A stretch of 64,000 bases of DNA from Gammaproteobacteria bacterium. GTDB taxonomy: Bacteria; Pseudomonadota; Gammaproteobacteria; CAJXQU01. A program made the position numbers and the translations under genes. The stretch spans positions 1,472,001 through 1,536,000 of the forward strand of contig CBDEGZ010000003.1 in the NCBI GenBank assembly GCA_965238175.1, written 5' to 3'. The notes under the pieces are model-generated. The model saw nothing but the letters and a program-made list of their open reading frames with translations, was not told where the DNA came from and did not search any database. Position 1 is the first letter of the stretch, and each line of letters begins with the position of its first letter. Positions 1-10,453 of the stretch are shown here, in pieces.

Positions 1-63
1 ATTTTGACGTTAAAGTATGTTACATATCCAATTTTTAGTCAGGCATGTTAGAATTTATTGTTC

Positions 64-885
64 ATGATTCAGTTTCCAGATATTGATCCAATCGCACTAC
101 AAATAGGCCCTTTGGCGATTCGCTGGTACGGGATTAGTTACCTTGTGGGCATAGGTTTAGCCTGGTTCTTACTAACCTGGCGAGCCAAACACCGCGATGA
201 TTGGAACAGTGATCAAGTTGCTGATTTGGTTGTTTCTTGTGCATTAGGTGCCGTTCTTGGTGGCCGGATTGGCTATGCCTTTCTATACAAGCTTTCCTCT
301 TATGCTTCTGATCCGTTATCGATCTTTAAGGTTTGGGAAGGAGGGATGTCGTTCCACGGTGGATTGATGGGTGTATTAATCGCTTTTGCTTTATTTTCCA
401 GAAAAAATGATAAATCTTTTTTTCAGATTGCCGATTTTGCAGCTCCTGCTGTTCCTGTGGGTTTATTTTTTGGGCGAATCGCAAATTTCATTAATGGGGA
501 GTTATGGGGAGCACCGACGGATAAACCGTGGGGTGTAATTTTCCCTGGATATGGTGCAGGAGATCAGCCAAGGCACCCGTCACAACTTTATGAAGCAGCA
601 CTAGAAGGGGTGTTATTGTTTTTGATCTTATGGTTATTCTCGCGCTCAGAACGACCTTTGAGAGCGGTTTCTGGCTTGTTTTTACTCGGCTATGGTTTTT
701 TCCGTTTCTTAGTGGAATTTGTGCGTGAGCCAGATCCACATGTAGGTTATGTAGCATTTGATTGGGTAACACTAGGGCAGATCTATTCCCTACCTATGAT
801 TATGGTTGGATTATTTTTATTGTTCCTGGCTTATAGAAACGGGGCCTATAAAAATGAGACAAACAGAAGTAAGGAGAGTTCATAA
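64..885 (+). CDS. lgt: Prolipoprotein diacylglyceryl transferase
   Basis: Motifs IRWYG, GGMSFHGG, GRIANFINGELWG, RHPSQLYE; upstream of thyA. ATG at 64 preferred over TTG at 58. Confidence 0.97.
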   Translation: MIQFPDIDPIALQIGPLAIRWYGISYLVGIGLAWFLLTWRAKHRDDWNSDQVADLVVSCALGAVLGGRIGYAFLYKLSSYASDPLSIFKVWEGGMSFHGGLMGVLIAFALFSRKNDKSFFQIADFAAPAVPVGLFFGRIANFINGELWGAPTDKPWGVIFPGYGAGDQPRHPSQLYEAALEGVLLFLILWLFSRSERPLRAVSGLFLLGYGFFRFLVEFVREPDPHVGYVAFDWVTLGQIYSLPMIMVGLFLLFLAYRNGAYKNETNRSKESS

Positions 886-1680
886 GTGCAGCAATATCTG
901 GATTTATTGAGGCATGTAAGCGATCACGGTGTTGAAAAAGGTGATCGCACAGGAACTGGGACTAAAAGTGTTTTTGGTTATCAAATGCGCTTTGATCTTA
1001 CGCAAGGTTTTCCTGCGGTTACCACAAAAAAAATACACTTTAAATCAATCATTCATGAATTACTTTGGTTTCTCAAAGGTGAAACTAATGTACGTAGTCT
1101 TCAAGAAAATGGTGTAACGATTTGGGACGAATGGGCTGATCAGAATGGTAACTTAGGTCCTGTGTATGGATCGCAGTGGCGATCATGGCCTGCAGCAGAT
1201 AATAATGAAATTGATCAAATTTCTGATCTCATTGATCAAATTAAAAACAATCCTGATTCTCGACGTTTGATTGTTAGTGCCTGGAACGTAGGAGAGCTTA
1301 ACGATATGGCACTTGCTCCTTGTCATGCACTTTTTCAGTTTTATGTAGCGAATGGAAAATTATCTTGTCAGCTCTACCAACGAAGTGCGGATATTTTTCT
1401 CGGTGTACCGTTTAATATTTCGTCTTACGCACTACTGACAATGATGATTGCACAGGTGACAAATCTAAACGTTGGAGAATTTATTCACACGTTGGGTGAT
1501 GCACATATTTATACAAATCACTATGCTCAGGTTGAAAAACAATTGAAGCGTTATCCATTACCCTTACCTGAAATGAAAATCAATCCTGATGTGCGATCAA
1601 TTTTTGATTTTCAATATGATGATTTTGAACTGATTAATTACCAAAGCCATTCTACAATTTCTGCACCTATCGCGGTCTAA
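886..1680 (+). CDS. thyA: Thymidylate synthase
   Basis: [38 protein letters not shown] motifs; 264 aa. Confidence 0.98.
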   Translation: MQQYLDLLRHVSDHGVEKGDRTGTGTKSVFGYQMRFDLTQGFPAVTTKKIHFKSIIHELLWFLKGETNVRSLQENGVTIWDEWADQNGNLGPVYGSQWRSWPAADNNEIDQISDLIDQIKNNPDSRRLIVSAWNVGELNDMALAPCHALFQFYVANGKLSCQLYQRSADIFLGVPFNISSYALLTMMIAQVTNLNVGEFIHTLGDAHIYTNHYAQVEKQLKRYPLPLPEMKINPDVRSIFDFQYDDFELINYQSHSTISAPIAV

Positions 1681-1682
1681 TT

Positions 1683-2483
1683 ATGAAGTTATCACTAGTC
1701 GTTGCTATGGATGAAAATCGAGTGATTGGACTCAATGGAGGTTTACCCTGGCATCTTTCATCAGACTTGAAATATTTTCGTGATATTACGATGGGTAAGC
1801 CAATTATTATGGGGCGAAAGACGCATCAATCGATAGGTAGACCATTGCCTGGCAGACGAAATATTGTTGTCTCACGCAACCTCAACTTCGAAGCGACAGG
1901 TTGCGATGTCGTAAAATCTATAGAAGCAGCACTAACACTTGTTGAGGATGCCCCAGAAGTTATGATGATCGGCGGTGCTTCTCTCTATGGGGATATTTTA
2001 CCGTTTGTGGATCAACTTTATTTGACAGAAGTGCATGCTGAGGTTGAGGGAGATACTTTATTTCCAGAACTCGATCTTACTGAGTGGAAAGAGATTTCCA
2101 GATCTGCTTTTTCTGCGGATGAAAAAAATGATCAGGACTATAGTTTTGTAGTTTATAAAAAACGTAAGAAAAGGTTTGAACGTGTCGTTGGACTCAATGT
2201 TACTGATGAAGAGAGTTATCAACAATATCGTGACTTGATGACACCAATTTTGAATTCAATAGGTGGAAAGTTCAAATACGATATGAGAGTGAGTGAGTTA
2301 TTAAAAAGTGAATCGGAAAATGCTATCAACAGGGTATTTGTTATTTCGTTTCCTGATGAGAAAACACATGACAATTTTTTTGATCTGGCCGAATATAAAG
2401 CTATAAAAGAAAAGTACTTTAAGCCTGCAGTTGAGAGCGTCACTTTAATATCAAAACATAATACTAAACATAAAAGGCGATAG
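1683..2483 (+). CDS. folA: Dihydrofolate reductase with fused C-terminal DUF1330-like domain
   Basis: aa 1-160: VIGLNGGLPW, IMGRKT, RPLPGRRNIV, IGGASLY, EGDTLFP; then ~100 extra in-frame residues. Confidence 0.93.
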   Translation: MKLSLVVAMDENRVIGLNGGLPWHLSSDLKYFRDITMGKPIIMGRKTHQSIGRPLPGRRNIVVSRNLNFEATGCDVVKSIEAALTLVEDAPEVMMIGGASLYGDILPFVDQLYLTEVHAEVEGDTLFPELDLTEWKEISRSAFSADEKNDQDYSFVVYKKRKKRFERVVGLNVTDEESYQQYRDLMTPILNSIGGKFKYDMRVSELLKSESENAINRVFVISFPDEKTHDNFFDLAEYKAIKEKYFKPAVESVTLISKHNTKHKRR

Positions 2484-2507
2484 AATTTATATTGTTAATT
2501 ATAATTC

Positions 2508-3683
2508 ATGCAAAATCCATTAATGTTTGGTGAACTAACTGTCGAGGGTTTTCTCGAACAATATTGGCAAAAAAAACCGTTTTTAATCCGACAGGCTTTT
2601 CCCAACATAACACCCTTAATCCCTGCTGATGAACTTGCTGGTTTAGCCTGTGAAGAAGGTGTTGAATCTCGTTTAATTATCCAGCATGAGAATGGAAAGG
2701 ATTGGGATCTTCAACAGGCTCCTTTTAGTGACGAGAAGTTTTCGGAATTATCCCAATTATCATCTGATTCGAATTGGACATTGCTTGTACAAGCAGTCGA
2801 TCATTGGATCCCGGTAGCAGCAGAATTTCTACAACAATTTAATTTTATCCCTAACTGGCGAATTGATGATCTTATGATCAGTTATGCTAATGACGGTGGT
2901 GGTGTTGGTCCTCATTACGATAACTATGATGTATTTTTACTTCAGGTTGAAGGACAAAGACGTTGGGAAATTGGAGGGAACTTTGATCAAAATTCCTCTC
3001 GTCGTACGGATACAGATGTACTGATTCTTGATCAATTCAACAGTGAGAAAAGTTGGGTTTTAGAGCCTGGTGATATGCTTTATTTACCGCCACAGCTTGG
3101 GCACAACGGTGTTGCTGTTGGGGATGGTTGTATAACATACTCGGTTGGATTTCGAGCACCATCTCACAGTGAGTTGTTGACTGGTTTTGCAGATGCGATG
3201 ACAGATCATTTAAGTAATGAAGATCGTTATACTGATCCTGATCTTAAATTACAGAGTAATGCGGGTGAAATTTCATTACCAACATTACAAAATATTCAAA
3301 AAACATTGAGTGAATACTCACAGAATGATGAGCTTGTAGCAGAGTGGTTTGGTCGATTTGTGACCGAACTAAAATACAAGAATGTTCTTGAGCAGAATGT
3401 GAAATGCACCATAGAAGATTTGATCCAACATCAGAAAGAAGGCGGTTATATATCGCGTAATGAAGGATCTCGATTTGCTTTTGTAAAACAACAACAACAG
3501 ATCAGCTTATTTGTAGACGGTAATCATTTTGAATGTGATCATGAAATGATGTGGCTTATCGAGTTGCTTTGTGAAACAACACAATTTGATTTAATGCTTT
3601 TTGAGGCTGATCAAAAAAGTCTTTTATTGTTAAGAGATCTGATAGAGCAGGGTAGCCTTTATCCCTTTATTCCTGAACAATAA
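2508..3683 (+). CDS. roxA: JmjC/cupin ribosomal protein L16 Arg hydroxylase (RoxA/YcfD family)
   Basis: YWQKKP, WRIDDLMISYA, GGVGPHYDNYDVFLLQ, LEPGDMLYLPP, YSVGFRAP. Confidence 0.9.
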   Translation: MQNPLMFGELTVEGFLEQYWQKKPFLIRQAFPNITPLIPADELAGLACEEGVESRLIIQHENGKDWDLQQAPFSDEKFSELSQLSSDSNWTLLVQAVDHWIPVAAEFLQQFNFIPNWRIDDLMISYANDGGGVGPHYDNYDVFLLQVEGQRRWEIGGNFDQNSSRRTDTDVLILDQFNSEKSWVLEPGDMLYLPPQLGHNGVAVGDGCITYSVGFRAPSHSELLTGFADAMTDHLSNEDRYTDPDLKLQSNAGEISLPTLQNIQKTLSEYSQNDELVAEWFGRFVTELKYKNVLEQNVKCTIEDLIQHQKEGGYISRNEGSRFAFVKQQQQISLFVDGNHFECDHEMMWLIELLCETTQFDLMLFEADQKSLLLLRDLIEQGSLYPFIPEQ

Positions 3684-3817
3684 GACTAAGCATAAATTTA
3701 AGAGCTTGAATTTAAAAATAGTATCCATATGTATAGGGAGACAATTGAAATGACAAAATGTCTCGATCGCATAATTTTTACAGAACAATGTCATGTTACT
3801 AAAACAGGAAGCCATTT

Positions 3818-6163
3818 GTGAGCAAAGTAGACATTACCTATTCCCCAGAATTACTCCCCGCTGTACCAGAAGATGTTTTGATCATCGTACCGGTTAGAAA
3901 TCTGGTTATGTTCCCGGGTGTGATGATGCCAATGCAGGTTGGCCGTGAATTTTCTATTGCGGGTATTGAAGAAGCGTTTGAAAGCAAGCGACGGATTGGA
4001 TTGTTGATGCAACGAGATCCAGAGGTTGAAAAACCGGGGTTAGATGATCTACATACTATTGGTACATCGGCAACCATTCTTCGTTATGCAAGCAACCCTC
4101 AAGGTGATACCTATCATGTAATCTCTCAGGGGGAACAAAGATTCCGGATTTTAGAGCTGATAGAAGGTAATCCTTTCATGTTGGCGCGAGTTGATTATAT
4201 TCGCGAAAACGATGAGATGAATACCGAAATTGAGGCGCGAGTGCACCGCCTTAAAACATTAGCACTAGAAGGACTTGAATTATTGCCGACAGCACCGATG
4301 GAGCTTTCTAATGCCATTCAGAGTATTACATCACCTTCCGATCTGACAGATATTGTAGCCAGTTTTATTGATATAGAAGCGGATGATAAGCAAGATATTC
4401 TAGAGACGCTTGATCTTAAGGTCCGCTTAAACAAAGTGATCAAACATGTGAGTCATCGTGTTGAAGTGTTACGGATCTCAAATAATATCCATGAAAAAAC
4501 TCAAGAGAAGATCACTGATCGTCAGCGCGAATTTATGTTGCGTGAGCAAATGGAAGAGATCAAAAAAGAACTCGGTGAAGATGAAGGATCAGAAATAGAA
4601 GAAATCGAAATTGCGATTGCAAATGCCGAAATGCCAGAGCATGCAGAAGAACAGGCGCTAAAAGAATTACGACGTCTGGAAAGAATGTCCGAGGCTTCAT
4701 CTGAATATTCAATGAGTCGAACTTATCTTGATTGGCTCGTCGAATTACCATGGAGCAAGCTGGACGAAGAACAAATTGATATCGAAAAAGCTGCAAAAAT
4801 ATTAGACGAAGATCATTATGGTTTGAGCAAGATCAAAAAGCGTATTCTTGAGTATCTTGCGGTACGTAAGTTGAATCCTGATGGTCGAAGTCCGATCTTA
4901 TGTTTTGTAGGGCCTCCTGGTGTTGGAAAAACCTCACTCGGGAAAAGTATTGCACGGGCGATTGGTCTGGAATTTATTCGATCCAGTTTAGGTGGGGTGC
5001 ATGACGAGTCTGAAATAAGGGGGCATCGACGAACCTATGTGGGAGCGATGCCGGGGAAAATTATCCAGAACTTGCGTAAAGCTGGAACACGGAACCCGAT
5101 CTTTATGCTGGATGAAATGGATAAGCTTTCTTCAAGTTATCATGGTGATCCATCATCAGCATTATTGGAAGTGTTGGATCCACAACAAAATACAAGCTTT
5201 GAAGATAATTATCTGGGGCTACCTTTTGATCTAAGTAAAGTGTTGTTTATTAGTACCGCAAATGCACTCCATCAAATTCCAGGACCATTACGCGATCGCA
5301 TGGAAGTGATCGAATTAAATGGTTATACCGCTGAAGAGAAATATAACATTGCAAAAAAATATCTGGTGAAACGTCAGATTAAACAAAATGGTTTGAAAAC
5401 CAGCCAGGTTTCTTTAACGGCGAAGGCACTTAAAAAAATTATTGAAGGCTATACACGGGAAGCAGGTTGTCGTGGATTAGAGCGTCAGATCGGTTCTGTT
5501 TTTAGAAGTGCCGCAGTCAAGGTGGCTCAGGGAGAAACTAAAAAGATCAAAATTGATGAGGGTGATCTTCATGAGATCCTTGGTGCTCAAAAGTTTGAAA
5601 GTGAACTTGCAATGCGAACAGGTGTTCCCGGTGTTGCAACAGGGCTTGCATGGACACCCGTTGGTGGCGATATTTTATTTATCGAAGCGACAAAAACACC
5701 TGGGAAGGGCATATTAATTTTGACCGGGCAATTGGGTAATGTAATGAAAGAAAGTGCCCAGGCTGCATTTACATTGGTAAAATCTAGACATGAAGAATTA
5801 GGTATTGATAAAGAAATTTTAGAGAAAAATGATATTCATGTACATGTGCCAGCAGGCGCAATTCCAAAAGATGGTCCAAGTGCCGGTGTCGCAATGTTTT
5901 TAGCGTTAGTGTCTCTACTAAAAGATAAAAAGATCAAAAAAGATGTGGCGATGACAGGGGAAATTAGTTTACGTGGACTTGTGTTGCCTATTGGTGGGTT
6001 GAAAGAAAAATGTATCGCGGCTGCCAGAGCGGGAATTAAAACCGTTATGATCCCTAAGCGTAATGAACGTGATATTGAAGAAATTCCAGAATCAGCAAGA
6101 AAAAGGCTTAAGTTTGTCGTTCTGGAAAATGTTGATGAGGCATTGAGAGTTGCACTAGGTTAA
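3818..6163 (+). CDS. lon: ATP-dependent protease La (Lon)
   Basis: LON N-domain, Walker A GPPGVGKTS, HRRTYVGAMPG, catalytic PKDGPSAG and IGGLKEK. Confidence 0.97.
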   Translation: MSKVDITYSPELLPAVPEDVLIIVPVRNLVMFPGVMMPMQVGREFSIAGIEEAFESKRRIGLLMQRDPEVEKPGLDDLHTIGTSATILRYASNPQGDTYHVISQGEQRFRILELIEGNPFMLARVDYIRENDEMNTEIEARVHRLKTLALEGLELLPTAPMELSNAIQSITSPSDLTDIVASFIDIEADDKQDILETLDLKVRLNKVIKHVSHRVEVLRISNNIHEKTQEKITDRQREFMLREQMEEIKKELGEDEGSEIEEIEIAIANAEMPEHAEEQALKELRRLERMSEASSEYSMSRTYLDWLVELPWSKLDEEQIDIEKAAKILDEDHYGLSKIKKRILEYLAVRKLNPDGRSPILCFVGPPGVGKTSLGKSIARAIGLEFIRSSLGGVHDESEIRGHRRTYVGAMPGKIIQNLRKAGTRNPIFMLDEMDKLSSSYHGDPSSALLEVLDPQQNTSFEDNYLGLPFDLSKVLFISTANALHQIPGPLRDRMEVIELNGYTAEEKYNIAKKYLVKRQIKQNGLKTSQVSLTAKALKKIIEGYTREAGCRGLERQIGSVFRSAAVKVAQGETKKIKIDEGDLHEILGAQKFESELAMRTGVPGVATGLAWTPVGGDILFIEATKTPGKGILILTGQLGNVMKESAQAAFTLVKSRHEELGIDKEILEKNDIHVHVPAGAIPKDGPSAGVAMFLALVSLLKDKKIKKDVAMTGEISLRGLVLPIGGLKEKCIAAARAGIKTVMIPKRNERDIEEIPESARKRLKFVVLENVDEALRVALG

Positions 6164-6201
6164 AATATTTTTATAACGTTTAAAAATGCAAAGCTATCAG
6201 A

Positions 6202-7713
6202 TCAGCCAAGTTCAGTTACTGTTTCTAATTTATCAAAACGTGAGACCTGGTTTCTGCCATTTTCTTTTGAATTATACAATGCAAGATCAGCTTGATTAAC
6301 AAGGAATGATGGATCATCAGCACCTAATAATGAAGAAGAAACACCAAGGCTAGAGGTAACCATCCTACCGGGAATAACATAGACTTCATTTTTGATCGTC
6401 GAAGTAATATTTCTTCTAATTCGCTCGGCAATTTGTGTTGCTTCTCTTAATGTAATACCTGGCATAAGAATACAAAATTCTTCACCACCATAACGGCAAA
6501 CATAATCTTTTTCTCTGACAGAAGCTGCTAGTGTTTGTGCCACTTTCTGTATCACAGTATCACCAGCACTATGGCCAAAGTCGTCATTGATGCTTTTAAA
6601 ATGATCTAGATCGGCCATGATGCAACAGAGTTCTTGTTCCTTTGAATTTTCAAAAACTTCTTCAAAAATTTCGAAAAATGCACGACGGTTCAGACAACCT
6701 GTTAATGGATCTGTCGATGCTAACAATAGTAACTTTTCATTAGTCTTTTCTATTTCTGATTGTGATTTTTTCAATTCGTGCATGGTACGTTTCAGCTGGA
6801 AATTTTTTTCTTCAAGATCGGAGACATCATCAAATGTCGCAAGAGCTCCTTTTTGTTTTCTGTTTGCATCTAGAATGGGAGTGCTGTTGATGGATAGCGT
6901 TCTTAATCCTTCAGGTGTATTTAATTTTAAATGTGTACCGGTTACTTGTGTGGCACCACTCAACGTTTTCTGCCATGGAAATATCAGATTCTTATCTGTT
7001 TTTCGTTTAGTATGCCAGCTAAGTTCTGACACTTTTTTTCCTAGCAAATTATCTGATTTTTCACCCGTTTTTAAAGAGAAAGCCGTATTAGCTAATACGA
7101 TTCTTTCATTTTCATCCATTAAAATCAGACCTTCAGTTAGTGTGTCGAGTACAAGTTTCACTCGATCTGGAATGATGGATGCTGGATCAAGATGTTGCAG
7201 TATTTTCCTCATAAACATCAATAATGTAAAAAATCCTAAGATGGCGACAAATAGAATTATTTTTATAATGGGTGGTATCGTAATCCCATATAACTGATTA
7301 TTTTGAAGCGGCGCAAATGATATTTCGATAGTACCCCACAAAGTATTATCTCTTTGTAGTGGAATTTTGACTTGGGATATCGATAGTTTACTATCCGTTG
7401 GGGGGGACCAGTATTTTTCATGATCCCCGGTATTGACCAACAAGGATCCATCGATTTTTCTAATAGCAATAGATTTTACATCCTCATAAATTTTTTGAAG
7501 GGAATGAGCATAGTTTTTCATTGATTTCAGATCATTATTTTGCTCAGAATAGGAAATCTGAACAGCAAGAGTCTCAATGATTTTTTCTCGGTTTTCTAAT
7601 TCGACTTTTGCAGTATCAGGAATCATTCCTAACAAACCTGCAAGGACAAGAATACTGACGATCATAAATATCAGCCAAATACTCACACGCATTGCTCGAG
7701 TCATAGCTTTCAT
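6202..7713 (-). CDS. Membrane-bound PAS-GGDEF diguanylate cyclase
   Basis: Two TM segments, PAS domain, TDPLTGCLNRR, DLDHFKSIND, RYGGEEF. Confidence 0.92.
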   Translation of the reverse strand: MKAMTRAMRVSIWLIFMIVSILVLAGLLGMIPDTAKVELENREKIIETLAVQISYSEQNNDLKSMKNYAHSLQKIYEDVKSIAIRKIDGSLLVNTGDHEKYWSPPTDSKLSISQVKIPLQRDNTLWGTIEISFAPLQNNQLYGITIPPIIKIILFVAILGFFTLLMFMRKILQHLDPASIIPDRVKLVLDTLTEGLILMDENERIVLANTAFSLKTGEKSDNLLGKKVSELSWHTKRKTDKNLIFPWQKTLSGATQVTGTHLKLNTPEGLRTLSINSTPILDANRKQKGALATFDDVSDLEEKNFQLKRTMHELKKSQSEIEKTNEKLLLLASTDPLTGCLNRRAFFEIFEEVFENSKEQELCCIMADLDHFKSINDDFGHSAGDTVIQKVAQTLAASVREKDYVCRYGGEEFCILMPGITLREATQIAERIRRNITSTIKNEVYVIPGRMVTSSLGVSSSLLGADDPSFLVNQADLALYNSKENGRNQVSRFDKLETVTELG

Positions 7714-8362
7714 TGGCTATTGATATTTTTTTTCATAATTTAAACTATATTTAATATAGGCCTAATAGTAGTTTTCGTCACTTTTAGCTTTTTGTTGACT
7801 CTTTTTTTGTTTTTATCATCAACATCATTCTTTTTTAGAAGTAAGAACGGGCATTGGATCAAACCACTTCCGTGCGGGCAATGCTCCAAGAATACTTGTC
7901 TTTCAGGGGCTTACCTGCAAAAGAAACTTTAAAATTGCTCCGGCTTTCCCATGCTTTCTTAAAGATTAGTGGTTTAACATTTTCGATCCCTTTCAGCGCT
8001 GGGTAGTGGTCTAATCTTGAATTGAAGCATTGACAATACTTATCGCATCATCACTCAGCGCTCAAAAGGCAACACCAGCAGGTTTTAGGCAGGAACGCGA
8101 GCAGTTGATTTGAAAATGAACAATTCCTGATTGGCTATAGAAGGCACATAGAAAAATAATGTCGAGTTTTCTACTTGATAAACCTCTTAAGAGGAGTATT
8201 TCTGTCATAAACACACATTAAAGTTCTGACATGAACTAACCGATAGTAGTACTGGAGGGCTTCTTTTCGTGTAGGCCTCCCTTCTGATATCGAAAAGGAT
8301 GTTCTTCATAGAGCATTTGTGTTGTCAACCATGTGTAACAAATATTATGACTATGTGATGAA

Positions 8363-9532
8363 ATGGACTTCATAAATATAAAAAAAATAGGTTTGCAAGA
8401 ATTTCATTCGCTCAAATCAGAGTGGCAACTATTGCTTTCTGGTTCTAAGGCTGATTGCTACTTTTTCACCTATGATTGGCTGTCGGTATGGGCTAAGCAT
8501 TTTAAGGCTAGTTCAGAACCTTATATTTTGATCGCAAGAGGAGCGGAAAGTGGTGATTTGTTGGGAACAATACCTCTTGCTATCGAAACAACACATAATC
8601 AAATTGGCTTGCCTATTAAAAAACTAAGTCTGATGGGAAATGGCAGTACAGAAGTTGATCACCTTGATTTTATTATCAAAAAAGGTTTTGAAGCCGAGGT
8701 CTCAAAGGCATTTGTAGGCTATCTCCAAAAACAGAAAGGGCATTGGGATATTCTTTTTTTAGATGGTTTAGCAAACTCCTCATTAGCTTTTAAGACTTTA
8801 GTTGAAAATTTTCATACGAAACAAGTTTTGACATATACTGAATCTTGTCCTTATTTATCCTTACCAGAAAGTTGGGAATCATTGAGGCAGACGCTTGGTA
8901 AGAACATGCGTTATAACCTTGGTAGATATAAACGTAAGTTAGAAAAGGCTTATTCTGGAAAGATTGAGTTTAAACTTGTTGAGAGTATCGAAACGCTTAA
9001 CGAGGTCCTCCCTAAATTGTACTCTTATCATCACTTTCTACAGCAAGCCAAAAACGGTGAAAGTGGTATTTTCGAGGATGATCACGTTGCAGATTTTCAT
9101 ACAGAATTGAGTAAGGTAGCAATGCGTTCAGATCAGTTAAGGCTATATTATCTATCTATCGATAGTCAGATCGTTGCAGTACTGTACTGTTTTAAATATA
9201 AGGATTCGGTACTTTTCTACCAAGCTGCTTATGACCTTAATTGGAAGAAATATAGTCCTGGTAGACTGTTGCTGGCCTATGTGATTGAGGCTTCTATTGC
9301 AGAAGGTGCCATGGAGTTTGACTTTCTTCGAGGGGATGAAAGTTATAAATCATCCTGGACATCTGATTCACGAATAGAAACCAGAATTTACGTGGCAGGT
9401 TCCACTAGAGGATATATAACTTTGCTCCCACAGTTAATGAGAGAAAAAATAAAAAGTCTACTTAGCACAGGGGTTGGATTAACCTTTGTAAGGTTTATTA
9501 ATCCTAAACTGGCAGAAAGAATTTCTCTTTGA
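8363..9532 (+). CDS. GNAT family acetyltransferase (CelD/BcsL-like)
   Basis: YQAAYD..YSPGRLL and EFDFLRGDESYKSSW motifs of the Acetyltransf_6 family. Confidence 0.85.
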   Translation: MDFINIKKIGLQEFHSLKSEWQLLLSGSKADCYFFTYDWLSVWAKHFKASSEPYILIARGAESGDLLGTIPLAIETTHNQIGLPIKKLSLMGNGSTEVDHLDFIIKKGFEAEVSKAFVGYLQKQKGHWDILFLDGLANSSLAFKTLVENFHTKQVLTYTESCPYLSLPESWESLRQTLGKNMRYNLGRYKRKLEKAYSGKIEFKLVESIETLNEVLPKLYSYHHFLQQAKNGESGIFEDDHVADFHTELSKVAMRSDQLRLYYLSIDSQIVAVLYCFKYKDSVLFYQAAYDLNWKKYSPGRLLLAYVIEASIAEGAMEFDFLRGDESYKSSWTSDSRIETRIYVAGSTRGYITLLPQLMREKIKSLLSTGVGLTFVRFINPKLAERISL

Positions 9533-9617
9533 ACTAATTGTTTCTTGCGGTAAGTTTGTAGCTCATATGTAGCTATTTAGGGTAGGATCGCATTGAATTA
9601 TTTTTTGGGGCATCAAT

Positions 9618-10451
9618 GTGAAGTTAACCGCACAGGATTTTCGAGACTGGAATAATAAATCCATTACTTTTTTAGGAATGTCTGGTGTTGGTAAGACTCG
9701 TCTGTCAAATATCCTACGCCAGCGTAATTGGTTTCATTACTCTGGAGATTACCGTATAGGTACTCGCTATCTAGATGAACCAATTCTCGATAATATAAAA
9801 AAACAAGTAATGCAGATCCCCTTCCTGAGGGATATGTTGCGTTCGGATTCGATCCAGATTACTAACAATTTGACCGTTGATGATCTGAAACCGGTTTCAA
9901 CCTTTCTTGGTAAATTAGGTAATCCTGAGCTGGATGGGCTTGGACTTAGCGAATTTAAACGTCGACAAGCACTACATCATCAGGCGGAATTGGCCACGAT
10001 GCGCGATGTGCCAGAATTTATCGGTAAAGCACATGATATTTATGGTTATGAACATTTCATTAATGATGCGGGCGGTAGCCTCTGTGAATTGGATGATGAT
10101 GACACGATCGAATTGCTGGCAGAGCATACGCTGATTATCTATATTCAAGCGACTAAAGCTAACGAAAAAGAATTGATCCAGCGAGCAGAGATAGATCCAA
10201 AACCTTTGTACTATCGCGAAGAATTTCTTGATCAAGAATTGTCACTCTATATGGCAGAACGCGATCTTGAATACGTGGCATTAATTGATCCAGATGATTT
10301 TGTACGATGGGTATTCCCACGGCTTTTTTATGCACGGATCCCACGCTATGAAGCTATTGCAGATCAATATGGGTATACCGTCACGTCGGATGAACTATCG
10401 AAAGTCAGTAGCGAAAAAAAATTTTTAAAACTGATCGAAGGAAAGTTATAA
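9618..10451 (+). CDS. Conserved P-loop NTPase upstream of metA
   Basis: Walker A GMSGVGKT, DYRIGTRYL, DAGGS; 2 bp before metA. Confidence 0.8.
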   Translation: MKLTAQDFRDWNNKSITFLGMSGVGKTRLSNILRQRNWFHYSGDYRIGTRYLDEPILDNIKKQVMQIPFLRDMLRSDSIQITNNLTVDDLKPVSTFLGKLGNPELDGLGLSEFKRRQALHHQAELATMRDVPEFIGKAHDIYGYEHFINDAGGSLCELDDDDTIELLAEHTLIIYIQATKANEKELIQRAEIDPKPLYYREEFLDQELSLYMAERDLEYVALIDPDDFVRWVFPRLFYARIPRYEAIADQYGYTVTSDELSKVSSEKKFLKLIEGKL

Positions 10452-10453
10452 CA

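Noticed and set aside
3818-6163. lon outside the clpPX-lon-hupB context
   Set aside because: Second Lon paralogs are common and the motifs are canonical.
6617-7297. 226-aa + strand ORF and other short antisense ORFs in the track
   Set aside because: Shadow ORFs opposite well-supported genes, with no motifs.
7714-8362. Riboswitch/ncRNA upstream of the GGDEF gene
   Set aside because: No recognisable c-di-GMP or other aptamer consensus. A short minus-strand protein-like stretch (~7860-8060) may be a gene remnant but I cannot assign it.
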